DNA from: Escherichia phage a48
Sequence record: OQ067375.1
DNA length: 64,000 bases
Direction: 5' to 3' (one strand)
The position numbers and the translations under genes were made by a program. Every line of letters begins with the position of its first letter. The stretch's first letter is position 1. Under the pieces are notes generated by a model, which was given only the letters and a program-made list of their open reading frames with translations, was not told the origin of the DNA and searched no databases. Positions 19,102-28,770 of the stretch are shown piece after piece.

Positions 19102-20915
19102 TGGTGTTTAACCCTATGCATGATTTCTTTATTTTTACCGAGATTAAATCCGCGTTCGTTCGGATTTCCCAAATAACCACATGTTCTTCTTATGGTATTC
19201 ATCTTTTTAGGATCAGTTTCTCCACAAATAGAACAAACAAATCCGTTTTCAGTAGGAGTCATTTCATGAGTACTTCCGCATGTAAAACATTTATCTACTG
19301 GCATGTTAACGCCAAAATAATCTAAATGTTGTGCAGCATAATCCCATACGGCCTCAAGACCTTTTAAGTTATTTTTCATATCAGGAAGTTCAACATAAGA
19401 AATGTGACCACCTGTCGCAATGAAATGATATGGTGCTTCGCGGGAAATCTTTTCAAACGGAGTAATATTTTCTTCTACTGAAACATGGAAACTGTTAGTG
19501 TACCAACCTTTATCGGTAACATCTTTTACACTTCCATATTTTTCTGTATCGAGTTTACAGAAGCGATAACAAAGGTTTTCAGCAGGAGTAGAATATAAAC
19601 TAAAAGCGAATCCGGTTCTTTCAGTCCACTGTTTAAGATGAGCATTCATTTTAGTTAAAATTTCTCGTCCAATATCACGACCGACAAGAATATTCAATTC
19701 GTGAATACCAATGTATCCCAAAGACACTGAACTTCTACCGTTTTTAAATAACTCAATTATGTCGTCATCAGGTTTAAGACGAACCCCGAATGCACCTTCT
19801 TGGTAAAGAATAGGAGCAACAGTAGCTTTAACTCCTTTTAAGGAACTAATTCTACACATCAAAGCTTCAAAACACAAATCCATTCGTTCATTGAATAATT
19901 CAACAAATTTCTGTTCATTGAACTGTGTTCCAATATAAGAATCTAACGCGATGCGAGGAAGATTCAGTGTTACAACACCAAGATTATTACGTCCATCAAG
20001 AATTTCATTACCAGTCGAATCTTTCCATACGCTCAAGAAACTACGGCAACCCATTGGAGAAACAGGAACAGATGAACCAGTGATAGCTTTATTGTTCTTA
20101 GCTGAAATAATATCAGGATACATCCTTTTGCTTGCACACTCTAGAGCAAGCTGCTTAATATCATAGTTCGGATCGTCTTTATAAAGATTAACACCTTCTT
20201 CAACGAACATAACAAGCTTAGGGAAAATAGGAGTTATCCCATCACGACCAAGACCTTTAATACGATTTTTCAGAATTGCTTTCTGAATCATTCGTTCAGT
20301 CCAGTCAGTTCCCGTACCAAATGTAATTGTTACAAAAGGCGTTTGTCCGTTTGAACTAAAGAGAGTATTTACTTCATATTCATAAGCTTGGAATGCATCG
20401 TATACGTCTTTTTCTGTTTTAGATTGAGCATAATTTAACGCATCAGCGATTTGCCATTTTTCTGCATCCTCAATATGTTTTGCATAGGTGCGTTTAACAT
20501 AAGGAGAAAGTACTTTATCTACATTAGCAAAAGTCGTTCCGCCGTATTGGTGAGAAGCAACCTGTGCAGTAATTTGTGCCATAATTGCAGTAGCAACGCC
20601 AATTGATTTAGGAGTTTCAATCTGCGCATTACCTAGCTTAAATCCGTTCTCAAGCATTCCTTTTAAATCTACTAAACAGCAATTAGTAAATGGAAGAGCA
20701 GGGGAATAATCAATATCGTGGAAATGGATAATTCCGCTTTCATGCGCTTTCATAATAAAAGACGGGACCATATTTTTGGCAATGTGTTTAGACACAATAC
20801 CAGCCATAAGGTCCCGTTGAGTTGGAAAAACACGAGAATCTTTATTAGCATTCTCGTTTAAAAGGTCTTTATTAGTTTTATGAATCAATCCTTCAATTTC
20901 TTTTTCAATTGTCAT
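19098..20915 (-). CDS. nrdD: anaerobic ribonucleotide reductase (glycyl radical enzyme), uninterrupted
   Basis: 605-aa contiguous ORF with C-terminal glycyl-radical motif RTCGYLGN and CxxC zinc site. Confidence 0.95.
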   Translation of the reverse strand: MTIEKEIEGLIHKTNKDLLNENANKDSRVFPTQRDLMAGIVSKHIAKNMVPSFIMKAHESGIIHFHDIDYSPALPFTNCCLVDLKGMLENGFKLGNAQIETPKSIGVATAIMAQITAQVASHQYGGTTFANVDKVLSPYVKRTYAKHIEDAEKWQIADALNYAQSKTEKDVYDAFQAYEYEVNTLFSSNGQTPFVTITFGTGTDWTERMIQKAILKNRIKGLGRDGITPIFPKLVMFVEEGVNLYKDDPNYDIKQLALECASKRMYPDIISAKNNKAITGSSVPVSPMGCRSFLSVWKDSTGNEILDGRNNLGVVTLNLPRIALDSYIGTQFNEQKFVELFNERMDLCFEALMCRISSLKGVKATVAPILYQEGAFGVRLKPDDDIIELFKNGRSSVSLGYIGIHELNILVGRDIGREILTKMNAHLKQWTERTGFAFSLYSTPAENLCYRFCKLDTEKYGSVKDVTDKGWYTNSFHVSVEENITPFEKISREAPYHFIATGGHISYVELPDMKNNLKGLEAVWDYAAQHLDYFGVNMPVDKCFTCGSTHEMTPTENGFVCSICGETDPKKMNTIRRTCGYLGNPNERGFNLGKNKEIMHRVKHQ

Positions 20916-21385
20916 TTTAAACTCTTTCTAAGCTGCTTCTTAAATGAAGCTATTAACTGTGTTTTGGTGTCAGATTCATTATATTCAAATCCTCTTTGAA
21001 GCATCTCGGCCATCATTTCCTCTTTTCCTAAACGAGAAAATTCCTTTGATTTATCTCCAACAAAGTTAGGGTGAATATTATTTTGGGTGTAATCGGATTT
21101 TAAATAAGTAAGTAAATTTTCTAACCATTCAAGATAATCAACACCTTGACCCTTTAAGCCAGAACGATTAAATTTGTGCTTCATTTGACCTTCTGCAGCA
21201 TTGCAGAGATTACAAAGCAATCCACGTACCTTTCCTGCTTTTAGTCCATTTAATTCATGGTCATGATCGAGGTGATTAGATTGAACATCAGGATTTAATT
21301 CTCGTTGGCAAATTAAGCATTTACCGTTTTGTGCATCATAAAATTTCTGTTTTTCTTCTTTGTATAATTTGCCAGTCAATAACAT
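20912..21385 (-). CDS. 49: endonuclease VII (Holliday junction resolvase)
   Basis: 157-aa ORF with CLICQ..HLDHDHELNG..CNLCN, length as T4 gp49. Confidence 0.9.
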   Translation of the reverse strand: MLLTGKLYKEEKQKFYDAQNGKCLICQRELNPDVQSNHLDHDHELNGLKAGKVRGLLCNLCNAAEGQMKHKFNRSGLKGQGVDYLEWLENLLTYLKSDYTQNNIHPNFVGDKSKEFSRLGKEEMMAEMLQRGFEYNESDTKTQLIASFKKQLRKSLK

Positions 21386-21425
21386 AATAAAACCCTTACC
21401 TTAAATAGATAAGGGTATTTATTAT

Positions 21426-21602
21426 TTAAGTATTGTAAAACATTCGATGCAATCGTTTATACTGTCGAATCATCTTTTTAGTAGGACGAGAATAGGTTCC
21501 TACGCAAGTGGTCATATGAGGGTCCGTAGAATGTCCTTTAATAAAAAGTTTCCAAACCTTACCGCCATTTAACTTTTCAGTATAAACCAATTCGGTTTTC
21601 AT
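21426..21602 (-). CDS. small chimeric ORF carrying a duplicated pin-like C-terminus
   Basis: 58-aa ORF MKTELVYTEKLNGG...MIRQYKRLHRMFYNT; last ~16 codons encoded by a near-exact copy of the 3' end of the upstream gene. Confidence 0.4.
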   Translation of the reverse strand: MKTELVYTEKLNGGKVWKLFIKGHSTDPHMTTCVGTYSRPTKKMIRQYKRLHRMFYNT

Positions 21603-21638
21603 TAAAATGTCCTGTCAGAAAAAGAATTTTGAGTTTTT

Positions 21639-22124
21639 TCAAGTATTGTAAAACATTTGATGCAATCGCTTATATTGCCGAATCATTTGGTCAGAAAAAG
21701 AAATTTGAGTTTCAAGCCATTCAATGTACTCTGCGGCAGCTTGCATTAAATTTCCTTCATAACCATCGTTATTTTCTTGTGCAGCTAATTTAGCTAATGC
21801 GTATGAAATACGTTCACCCTGAAATCCAGCTTTAGGTTTATGAATAACTTGATCAACTCGTTCTACGACCTCTTCAATTTCGCCATTTTCTACTGATTCA
21901 GTATTCCACAAGCACCAATACGTAATTGGCTTATCGTAGATGTTAATAATCTTTCCATCAGAAAGTTCAATTTCAATAATTCCAGTATCAGGTTCTATAT
22001 CATCTTCGCATTCTTTTGCAAGTTCACGAACTTTAAAGACAGTACCTGCACTAAGTTCCGGCCAGTAATTACACAGCCCTTTATCAGCACGATTAATTCT
22101 AAACCACTTATCTACTGCAATCAT
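21639..22124 (-). CDS. hypothetical protein at the T4 pin position (possible protease inhibitor Pin)
   Basis: 161 aa from internal start MIAVDKWF (ORF track gives 167 aa); identity inferred from position only. Confidence 0.5.
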   Translation of the reverse strand: MIAVDKWFRINRADKGLCNYWPELSAGTVFKVRELAKECEDDIEPDTGIIEIELSDGKIINIYDKPITYWCLWNTESVENGEIEEVVERVDQVIHKPKAGFQGERISYALAKLAAQENNDGYEGNLMQAAAEYIEWLETQISFSDQMIRQYKRLHQMFYNT

Positions 22125-22247
22125 ATCCCATCTCCATATCAATTAAGTCATTTATCGTCGGTTCATTATATACTGTTTCTTCATCAGTGTAAACCGGTTC
22201 TTCCGGCTCTGGCTCTACAGTTTCCCATCTAGCCGCCCACCAAGGTT

Positions 22248-22568
22248 TTATAGCGTAATCCATTCTCGTACTGTCTGAGTTACTACACGTTCACGGGGCT
22301 CGACTAGTTCAACAGTCGGAACTGCATAATACCAGTCAGAATGATAAGAACCTGAGCGAGATTCATTTACAGCCACATGTACATTATGTTTTGGACTAAA
22401 ATAAACACACTGACGATATTGGCATTTACCATCTTGCACCCAGTCTTCTATTTCGACAGGTTTAAGATAATCGGAAAAATCGAAATCATAGTTTTCCGAA
22501 AATGCATCATGGTCTTCAATGATTTCGCTCAGAACTGCATCAACATCTAATTTATTTTCAATAGTCAT
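22248..22568 (-). CDS. hypothetical acidic protein
   Basis: 106-aa ORF. Confidence 0.5.
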   Translation of the reverse strand: MTIENKLDVDAVLSEIIEDHDAFSENYDFDFSDYLKPVEIEDWVQDGKCQYRQCVYFSPKHNVHVAVNESRSGSYHSDWYYAVPTVELVEPRERVVTQTVREWITL

Positions 22569-22578
22569 TTTTCACCAA

Positions 22579-22749
22579 TTAATTTCGCAATTTATTAAGT
22601 TCTTCATCATCAATCCAGGATTCTAGTCCTGATGGCAGGTCACATTCAATTTCCCAAAGAAGTTCTTCAATTTTCTGAAGACGATCTAGTTCTTCGGCTG
22701 GAATAGTAACCATTGACGAAGCTCGTGATACATTAATATCGTAAATCAT
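22579..22749 (-). CDS. hypothetical small protein
   Basis: 56-aa ORF MIYDINVSRASSMVTIPAEELDRL... translated by hand; below the ORF-track cutoff. Confidence 0.35.
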   Translation of the reverse strand: MIYDINVSRASSMVTIPAEELDRLQKIEELLWEIECDLPSGLESWIDDEELNKLRN

Positions 22750-22751
22750 AT

Positions 22752-22967
22752 TTACCCCAATTTAACCATACAATCGCCGTATTTCCACTTAGAAATAGAC
22801 TTTTCACCATTAGAATAATAAACTTCGAGTTTAGCACGATTATTTTTAATTTGAATAACCTTGGCTGTCATCAAAGTTCCATACCCATAATAAACTGCAA
22901 CTTCATCACCTACATATACCGCGCTTCCGCGGTAATCATGAATATAGTCAGTTCCTTCGAGCATCAT
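22752..22967 (-). CDS. hypothetical protein
   Basis: 71-aa ORF directly downstream of nrdC. Confidence 0.45.
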   Translation of the reverse strand: MMLEGTDYIHDYRGSAVYVGDEVAVYYGYGTLMTAKVIQIKNNRAKLEVYYSNGEKSISKWKYGDCMVKLG

Positions 22968-23227
22968 TTAAAATATTCTCGCAGTTGGTCAAATCCACCA
23001 ATATGACTTCCATCAGGAGCAAATACCTGGGGCATTGTCAAGCCGATTTGAGTATCACGACCTAGTTTAGTCAGAAGCTCAGCGATTTTCTCATCATCAA
23101 AAACACCTTTTTCCGGCATAATGTTGATAAATTCAAACGGCTGTTTCTTCACGGTCAAAAGACGTTTTGCATTATCGCAATACACACATTTATGAATGTT
23201 GCTATCATAACCATATACTTTAAACAT
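22964..23227 (-). CDS. nrdC: thioredoxin/glutaredoxin NrdC
   Basis: 87-aa ORF MFKVYGYDSNIHKCVYCDNAKRLL with CVYC active site, matches T4 NrdC. Confidence 0.88.
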   Translation of the reverse strand: MFKVYGYDSNIHKCVYCDNAKRLLTVKKQPFEFINIMPEKGVFDDEKIAELLTKLGRDTQIGLTMPQVFAPDGSHIGGFDQLREYFK

Positions 23228-23228
23228 A

Positions 23229-23471
23229 TTATTCCTTAATTCCTAGTACTTGTTTAAAAGTCTCGTCGTAATCAAGACTTTGGCCCGTTTGTTCTTTATG
23301 TTTGTATATAATATCACTTACTTCTGATAGCATATTTTTATATGAACGAGTTAAAGCAGATTTAAGCACGCTGTATCTATCAGGAAATTTACCATGTTCA
23401 TTATAATAAGCTATTGCTAATTCACGGACTGCCTTTTCAGCAGCCTCCATATATTCTTTACGCTTGGTCAT
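23229..23471 (-). CDS. hypothetical protein
   Basis: 80 aa from internal start [15 protein letters not shown]; ORF track gives a longer version overlapping the upstream gene. Confidence 0.35.
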   Translation of the reverse strand: MTKRKEYMEAAEKAVRELAIAYYNEHGKFPDRYSVLKSALTRSYKNMLSEVSDIIYKHKEQTGQSLDYDETFKQVLGIKE

Positions 23472-23772
23472 TTTCTTCTCGGTCAAATCGGTGTTTACAA
23501 TGACGACATTTATAACGAAGATTACTAGTCTGCCAATGGACCAATTGCACCTGTTCAGTTCCACATTCAGGGCAATTAGGAACGTTTTTAGAAGCCCTTT
23601 CACGACGTTCAACCATGACCATTACAGAATCCCAATTAACAGGAGGGCTATAATCATCACAACCATGAATCTTTCCACGCATTTCCAGATCGTCTTCTTC
23701 ACCAGCCATAATAATTTTAATTACACTAGAATTACTTGAAGCTGCAATGTCTTCTAATAGACGATTTTTCAT
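23458..23772 (-). CDS. zinc-ribbon protein
   Basis: 104-aa ORF with CPECG...CRHCKH four-cysteine motif. Confidence 0.5.
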   Translation of the reverse strand: MKNRLLEDIAASSNSSVIKIIMAGEEDDLEMRGKIHGCDDYSPPVNWDSVMVMVERRERASKNVPNCPECGTEQVQLVHWQTSNLRYKCRHCKHRFDREENDQA

Positions 23773-24695
23773 TTCAATACCTCAATAGCATTGCGTAAAC
23801 CATTTGCTTTGGCGGTTAAAGCCTTAAGAACTTTAGTATGCTCTTCAATTTGTTTTTCAACTTCAATCAAACGAGCATTGAGATATTCGCGTTCTTCTTT
23901 CATAGTATCATTCCCATGATTGGATTTTGGTGTAGGTTTAAATTCACTAGGGTCCTTTAATTTAATAACAAATTTAGTTTCAAACAGCGAAAGACCATAA
24001 TTCGTATTATCATCAAAGGATTTGACTACATCCATATCAGATAATAACACGCGTAAATTATAAGCCAAAGAACTAATAGTTTCATTGTGTTTATTAGCTT
24101 CGCGTGGTTTCATATACGGAAGATTTTTATATATCTCGTGCGGAGCACAAATGATAATTGACAATTCAAATTGCCCATTCTGGGACGATGGAGTGAATTT
24201 AGCCGTAACCCAGTCTTTTACATTCACATTAATAGTACGGTTATCACCATGACAAAACAGTCTACGAGAATGCTTAAAAAGCATATTCACGTTATTATTG
24301 AATTCGTGTGAAAATTCACTAGCAAATTTTTCTTTACTATCTTTAGAAAACCATTCTTCTAAATAAGTTCTTTTCACGTCGTTAATAATATTAAATGTAA
24401 CAACACTAGCATTTGATACATTAGTCTCAATGTAGCTTGGATACATAAATTTTTTAACATTATTAACAGCTATCACAGAAGATAGTAATCGGGAACGTTT
24501 GAACCACTCGAGCAAAGAACCAAGAGAATGTGAATACGCATTTTGTGTATCTTTACAAATATGGTTTTCCCATCCAATATAGTCTAAAAAATCACGAAGA
24601 ATATTATTGATTACTGCTCTGTGTCCTATCTGATAATTACGATGTTTAGTAATAAGACTGTCAAAATAATCAATATAATGTTTACGAGTTTTCAT
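23769..24695 (-). CDS. hypothetical protein with C-terminal coiled coil (tandem family member 1)
   Basis: 308-aa ORF MKTRKHYIDYF... ending in a ~40-aa heptad-rich helix. Confidence 0.6.
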   Translation of the reverse strand: MKTRKHYIDYFDSLITKHRNYQIGHRAVINNILRDFLDYIGWENHICKDTQNAYSHSLGSLLEWFKRSRLLSSVIAVNNVKKFMYPSYIETNVSNASVVTFNIINDVKRTYLEEWFSKDSKEKFASEFSHEFNNNVNMLFKHSRRLFCHGDNRTINVNVKDWVTAKFTPSSQNGQFELSIIICAPHEIYKNLPYMKPREANKHNETISSLAYNLRVLLSDMDVVKSFDDNTNYGLSLFETKFVIKLKDPSEFKPTPKSNHGNDTMKEEREYLNARLIEVEKQIEEHTKVLKALTAKANGLRNAIEVLK

Positions 24696-24747
24696 GTTCT
24701 TCTCACTTGGTTAATGATTTATACTCCGAGCCATCCTTGGCTTTAAA

Positions 24748-25745
24748 TTACTTAATTAACTGTAAAGCTTGTTCCAGACGATCAAGACGATTAACAGATT
24801 CTTCCCAAATCCTTTTAGCCTGCTCATATTCTTTCTGCGCTTTATTAGAAATTTCTAGAACTTCTTTATAAGCTTTTTCTAGTGCAATAACTTCTGGACG
24901 AATTTCTATCGGTTCAGGTGAATCATCAAGACATTCCATTAGTTCCTCAAGGGTAGTTTCTTCTTTAGGAGTATTCACAATTTCATCACATTTTTGTTGG
25001 TAAATTTCTTTATCAGTAGGTGAATAAGCACATTTCACTTCACGAAGGCTAATTACGAGTTTATATCCTTCCCAACCGCATATATTCTTAAAAGGATATG
25101 TATGAATATTTTCTACTGTTTCCATACAAAGTAATGCGGTCTCTAATTGACGAGTTATAGTGCTAGCAATTGAGAAAAATTTATTAATATTCTTTTGGTT
25201 AGTTTCTGGTGTAAAAAATCTGTAATTAATAAAAATAGCTACTTTGTTTTTATCAAGCTCATATTCTTCTGCTATAATCATATCATCAGCTAAGGGATGA
25301 ATTGTACGATAATCACCATAACATAATTTAGAAGCTGATTTTAGAATTTGCTTCGTAAAACTCCTAAATTCACTAACCCAACGACGAGTAAAAATATTCT
25401 CAGGGTCTTCTTTAGTATTAAGATGATAAGTATTAACATCACCGAACCAATTGTATCCTACTACATCTTTAGTTCGTTTAATTTCTTTCCCAAATTTACC
25501 AAGAATATCTTGATTAACTAAATATGAAAGAAGACGAGACCCTTTAAAGGTTTTCTTAATATCATCTTTATCCGTGCGGCTAGAAATTTCATGAGCTTCA
25601 TGAATAAATTTACTGGAAGAAACAATACTTACATCAATATTATTGAGCCATTGATAATAGAAATAACATCGTTCTGACTAGACACAGGTTTAACTTTATC
25701 ATCAATAACGCTATTGAATGATTTGATATATTCGTTACGAGTCAT
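24748..25745 (-). pseudogene. frameshift-interrupted gene with C-terminal coiled coil (tandem family member 2)
   Basis: ATG at 25745 with GAGGAG ribosome-binding site reads 35 codons to a stop at 25629-25631; a different frame is open from 25677 with no Met and runs into the 177-aa ORF 24748..25281. Confidence 0.5.
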
Positions 25746-25773
25746 AATAATCTCCTCAGTAGAAAGTAAGAAC

Positions 25774-25803
25774 ATTATACCACATCCTTGTGGCAAAGTA
25801 AAC
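25774..25803 (-). promoter_or_regulatory. T4-type early promoter
   Basis: Minus sense GTTTAC ... TGgTATAAT upstream of the frameshifted gene start at 25745. Confidence 0.5.
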
Positions 25804-26816
25804 TAGTTCAGTGCATTGTTCAGTTTAGAACGTTGCTTTATCAGATTTTGAACCCTTGACTGAGCTTGTTCTAACGCCTTTTCAGCTTCTAGCACTTCAT
25901 TGGTCGCTTTAACGAGTTCATCATCTACTGCCTTAAGAGACTTCTCAATCGCGTCAGCGTGCCATTTTTCAACAGGTTTAAGACTCGGATTTTCAATAGG
26001 AAGAAAATTCACTTTATTGAATTTCCATGCATCTTTATTACCTGAACTATACATCCAAAATTTAGGATCGTTTGATGAGTAATTAGATGAATTTAAGGTA
26101 TCTTGCACTTCTTGCTTTTTCTCTTGCGGGACTTCGTCCTTTCTCAAAAAATCGTATTTAAATGAAACGATCATATCAAGTTCATATGTTGTTGTATGTT
26201 CCCAATTTCGCTCAAAACGAGGTAAAATCTTAGATTGAACAGCAGCAACAACATCCATATACTTAAATGCTTCTGTCAACTGTGATTTAAGGCATTCGCA
26301 AATTGAAAGAGAATTTTTTGTATTAGGTTTAAAGCTAATTCGTGCAGTTCTATTATTTTCTTTTAACGGTCTTACTTCCATCTGAAGAGTATAACCATCA
26401 AATTTCAGATTCTTTAAGTTAATATCAGAGCCTTTTAATCGACTAGCAGTAGACAAAATTTGCTTTAATTGTTTACGGAACAGAGCAATAAATCTCCATT
26501 CAAGACGATAATGATTTGGATTAAAAAATCCAGTTGATAGATCAGTCTTACTTTGACCAACGCCTCGAACAAATAGAGGATTTTTATAATCAATAGTTTT
26601 ACAGAAATCGGTGAGCTGCTCGCGAGCAGTCATTTGTGTAATATACCCTGCTTTACTAAAATTACGCACCCATTCACTGCTATTCGTATACTTAAAGTGA
26701 TGAATAACACGATTAACTTTATCAGGGTCTAAATTATTTTCACACAAAAATGTCATAACATCACGAGTATAACTGGCATTACGAACCATATCTTCAATTT
26801 GAGAACGAGTTTTCAT
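25803..26816 (-). CDS. hypothetical protein with C-terminal coiled coil (tandem family member 3)
   Basis: 337-aa ORF MKTRSQIEDMVRN... with coiled-coil tail. Confidence 0.6.
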   Translation of the reverse strand: MKTRSQIEDMVRNASYTRDVMTFLCENNLDPDKVNRVIHHFKYTNSSEWVRNFSKAGYITQMTAREQLTDFCKTIDYKNPLFVRGVGQSKTDLSTGFFNPNHYRLEWRFIALFRKQLKQILSTASRLKGSDINLKNLKFDGYTLQMEVRPLKENNRTARISFKPNTKNSLSICECLKSQLTEAFKYMDVVAAVQSKILPRFERNWEHTTTYELDMIVSFKYDFLRKDEVPQEKKQEVQDTLNSSNYSSNDPKFWMYSSGNKDAWKFNKVNFLPIENPSLKPVEKWHADAIEKSLKAVDDELVKATNEVLEAEKALEQAQSRVQNLIKQRSKLNNALN

Positions 26817-26824
26817 GGTGTTCC

Positions 26825-27733
26825 TTAAGATTTAAGTAAATCAACAATTTTAATTAATTTTTCACGTTCAGATTTAGCTTTACTACTCAATCCAGATAGT
26901 CTGAAAATTTCATCGTCATATTGTTGAATAGAAATATTCAGCTCTTCAATTTGCTTATTAAAATAATCAATTTGTTCAGAATGTTTTTCGTTACTACGAA
27001 CTGGTGCAGGTTTTGTAGGCAATTTAGTTGAACTGGATTCATCCGGGCGATAAATTAAAATACAATTTGAACCAATAGGGCATTTTGCACCAGACACATA
27101 TTCTAATGTTCCGGCTTCTTTTAAAACTTCAAAAGCTAAACAGAGATGATGACCCATATTGGCATAATCTGTAGAGTGAGCTCTGATATAATAATCATCT
27201 CCACGAGTACTAAATTTAAAACATTTAAGGTCTTCTGTATTATTGGTCTTAAAAATCATTTGTTTATCTAGACCTTTAGCTAATCGAGCACCTAATGCTA
27301 ATAATCGTCGTTGATTTTCCCACAAATCTGCGATCATTTGGTCAAATGATAATTTCGGCATTAGTCGACCATAAAGGTCATATCCTTTATTATAATTGCG
27401 AAGAATTTCACTCGCGTTAATGCGAGACAACGCTCCAATTTTATTAAGGGCTTTCATGATGCGATTAGATAAAAGCATTCCAGACCCGTTTGTTCGTTGT
27501 AAATGTTTTTCTAATCCAAATCCAATATCAACTTTAAACTTATCTAAAATTTCGGCGTGAACATCTTTATCGATAACATTTAAATTTAGTACTGGGTTAA
27601 ATTTATGAAAAAATTTATCTGACTCGTCGCGTTGAAGTACAGTCCATTCATTTGATTTTTTATTAACTAAAGATTTAATTACTGCATTGACATTATTAAT
27701 TGCTACTGACATATTTTCCTCACTCAATTTCAA
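26825..27733 (-). CDS. hypothetical protein with C-terminal coiled coil (tandem family member 4)
   Basis: 302-aa ORF with coiled-coil tail. Confidence 0.6.
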   Translation of the reverse strand: MKLSEENMSVAINNVNAVIKSLVNKKSNEWTVLQRDESDKFFHKFNPVLNLNVIDKDVHAEILDKFKVDIGFGLEKHLQRTNGSGMLLSNRIMKALNKIGALSRINASEILRNYNKGYDLYGRLMPKLSFDQMIADLWENQRRLLALGARLAKGLDKQMIFKTNNTEDLKCFKFSTRGDDYYIRAHSTDYANMGHHLCLAFEVLKEAGTLEYVSGAKCPIGSNCILIYRPDESSSTKLPTKPAPVRSNEKHSEQIDYFNKQIEELNISIQQYDDEIFRLSGLSSKAKSEREKLIKIVDLLKS

Positions 27734-28127
27734 TTTTACTAAATATACAGAATAAGATAGAACAGACTATATAAGCACCACACACAGATTGAACTAATAC
27801 CATTCCAAAGAACCAAACAATATTATCAAACAGTGTCTGTTTTACGTCGAAAGGACGTAAACTTACAGTAATATTATCACCTTTTTCTATTGAAGAATAC
27901 ATCTCTGGGGAAATATATTCACTAAATCTATAACCGTCTTTGAGTTCATATACGGCAATAAACGATAAACTAGACCCCTTTCCTTGTGTTCCTGTAATAG
28001 TATTAACTACAGTAACATCATAATCTTTATAATGCATATAATCATTAATTGCGTAATAACCATATGCAACTACTACACATAAACAACATATCAATAAATT
28101 CAATCTTTTAATTATCAACTGTTTCAT
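27720..28127 (-). CDS. membrane protein
   Basis: 135-aa ORF with N- and C-terminal hydrophobic helices. Confidence 0.5.
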   Translation of the reverse strand: MKQLIIKRLNLLICCLCVVVAYGYYAINDYMHYKDYDVTVVNTITGTQGKGSSLSFIAVYELKDGYRFSEYISPEMYSSIEKGDNITVSLRPFDVKQTLFDNIVWFFGMVLVQSVCGAYIVCSILFCIFSKIEIE

Positions 28128-28182
28128 AATAATCTCAGTTAAAAGGGCTTAGAACCATTATACCATCCTTGGTATAAAGCGG

Positions 28183-28710
28183 TTATGCGAGTACCGTCTT
28201 TAACCGTTCTTCAAACTTCCGAAGAGTATTCTGGCGTTCAGCTCTTTGCTTTTTGTAAGTTTCAATACGCTCTGAAATGAGAGTGTATCGTTCATTTACT
28301 GATTCTTTCATAAAATCAGGAATTTCACGAGAAGCTTTAATCTCATCAAATTTATCAATAACAGCTTGCTCTTCAGCAATTAAGTTATCATACATTAAAA
28401 TATCTTTCTTGATAAACTCAATATCTTCTTGAGTTACACGAGATAATTTAGATGCTTTATCCTTTTTGTACTGTTCGTTAGTATCACGAGACCAGTGTAA
28501 TGTACGATTTTTATTCGTATTCTTGTAAATTTCTACAATACCGATCTCATCGATAATAACGATCCAATTCCAACGGGATTTGTAAATTTGTCCTCCGTCA
28601 ACTGTGATTTCACCTCCGATTGAGATGTCATTAAAGAACTTACTTTGTGCTTCAGATTTAAATTTACCATCGTTGTAATTTACCAAGTTGAAAATATCTT
28701 TAGCGTTCAT
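28183..28710 (-). CDS. hypothetical protein with C-terminal helical tail
   Basis: 175-aa ORF downstream of an early promoter-leader cassette. Confidence 0.55.
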   Translation of the reverse strand: MNAKDIFNLVNYNDGKFKSEAQSKFFNDISIGGEITVDGGQIYKSRWNWIVIIDEIGIVEIYKNTNKNRTLHWSRDTNEQYKKDKASKLSRVTQEDIEFIKKDILMYDNLIAEEQAVIDKFDEIKASREIPDFMKESVNERYTLISERIETYKKQRAERQNTLRKFEERLKTVLA

Positions 28711-28735
28711 TTTCTGTTCCTCCGTAGTTGATAGT

Positions 28736-28768
28736 TGTATAGTACCACAGAGGAACAGTCTTGTAAAC
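28736..28768 (-). promoter_or_regulatory. T4-type early promoter (repeated cassette)
   Basis: Same gtatagtaccacagaggaacagtcttgtaaac block as at 3847; drives ORF 28183..28710. Confidence 0.55.
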
Positions 28769-28770
28769 CA

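Noticed and set aside
19098-20915. Group I intron with homing endonuclease in nrdD, as in T4
   Set aside because: The nrdD reading frame is continuous for 605 codons with no intervening ORF or frame break.
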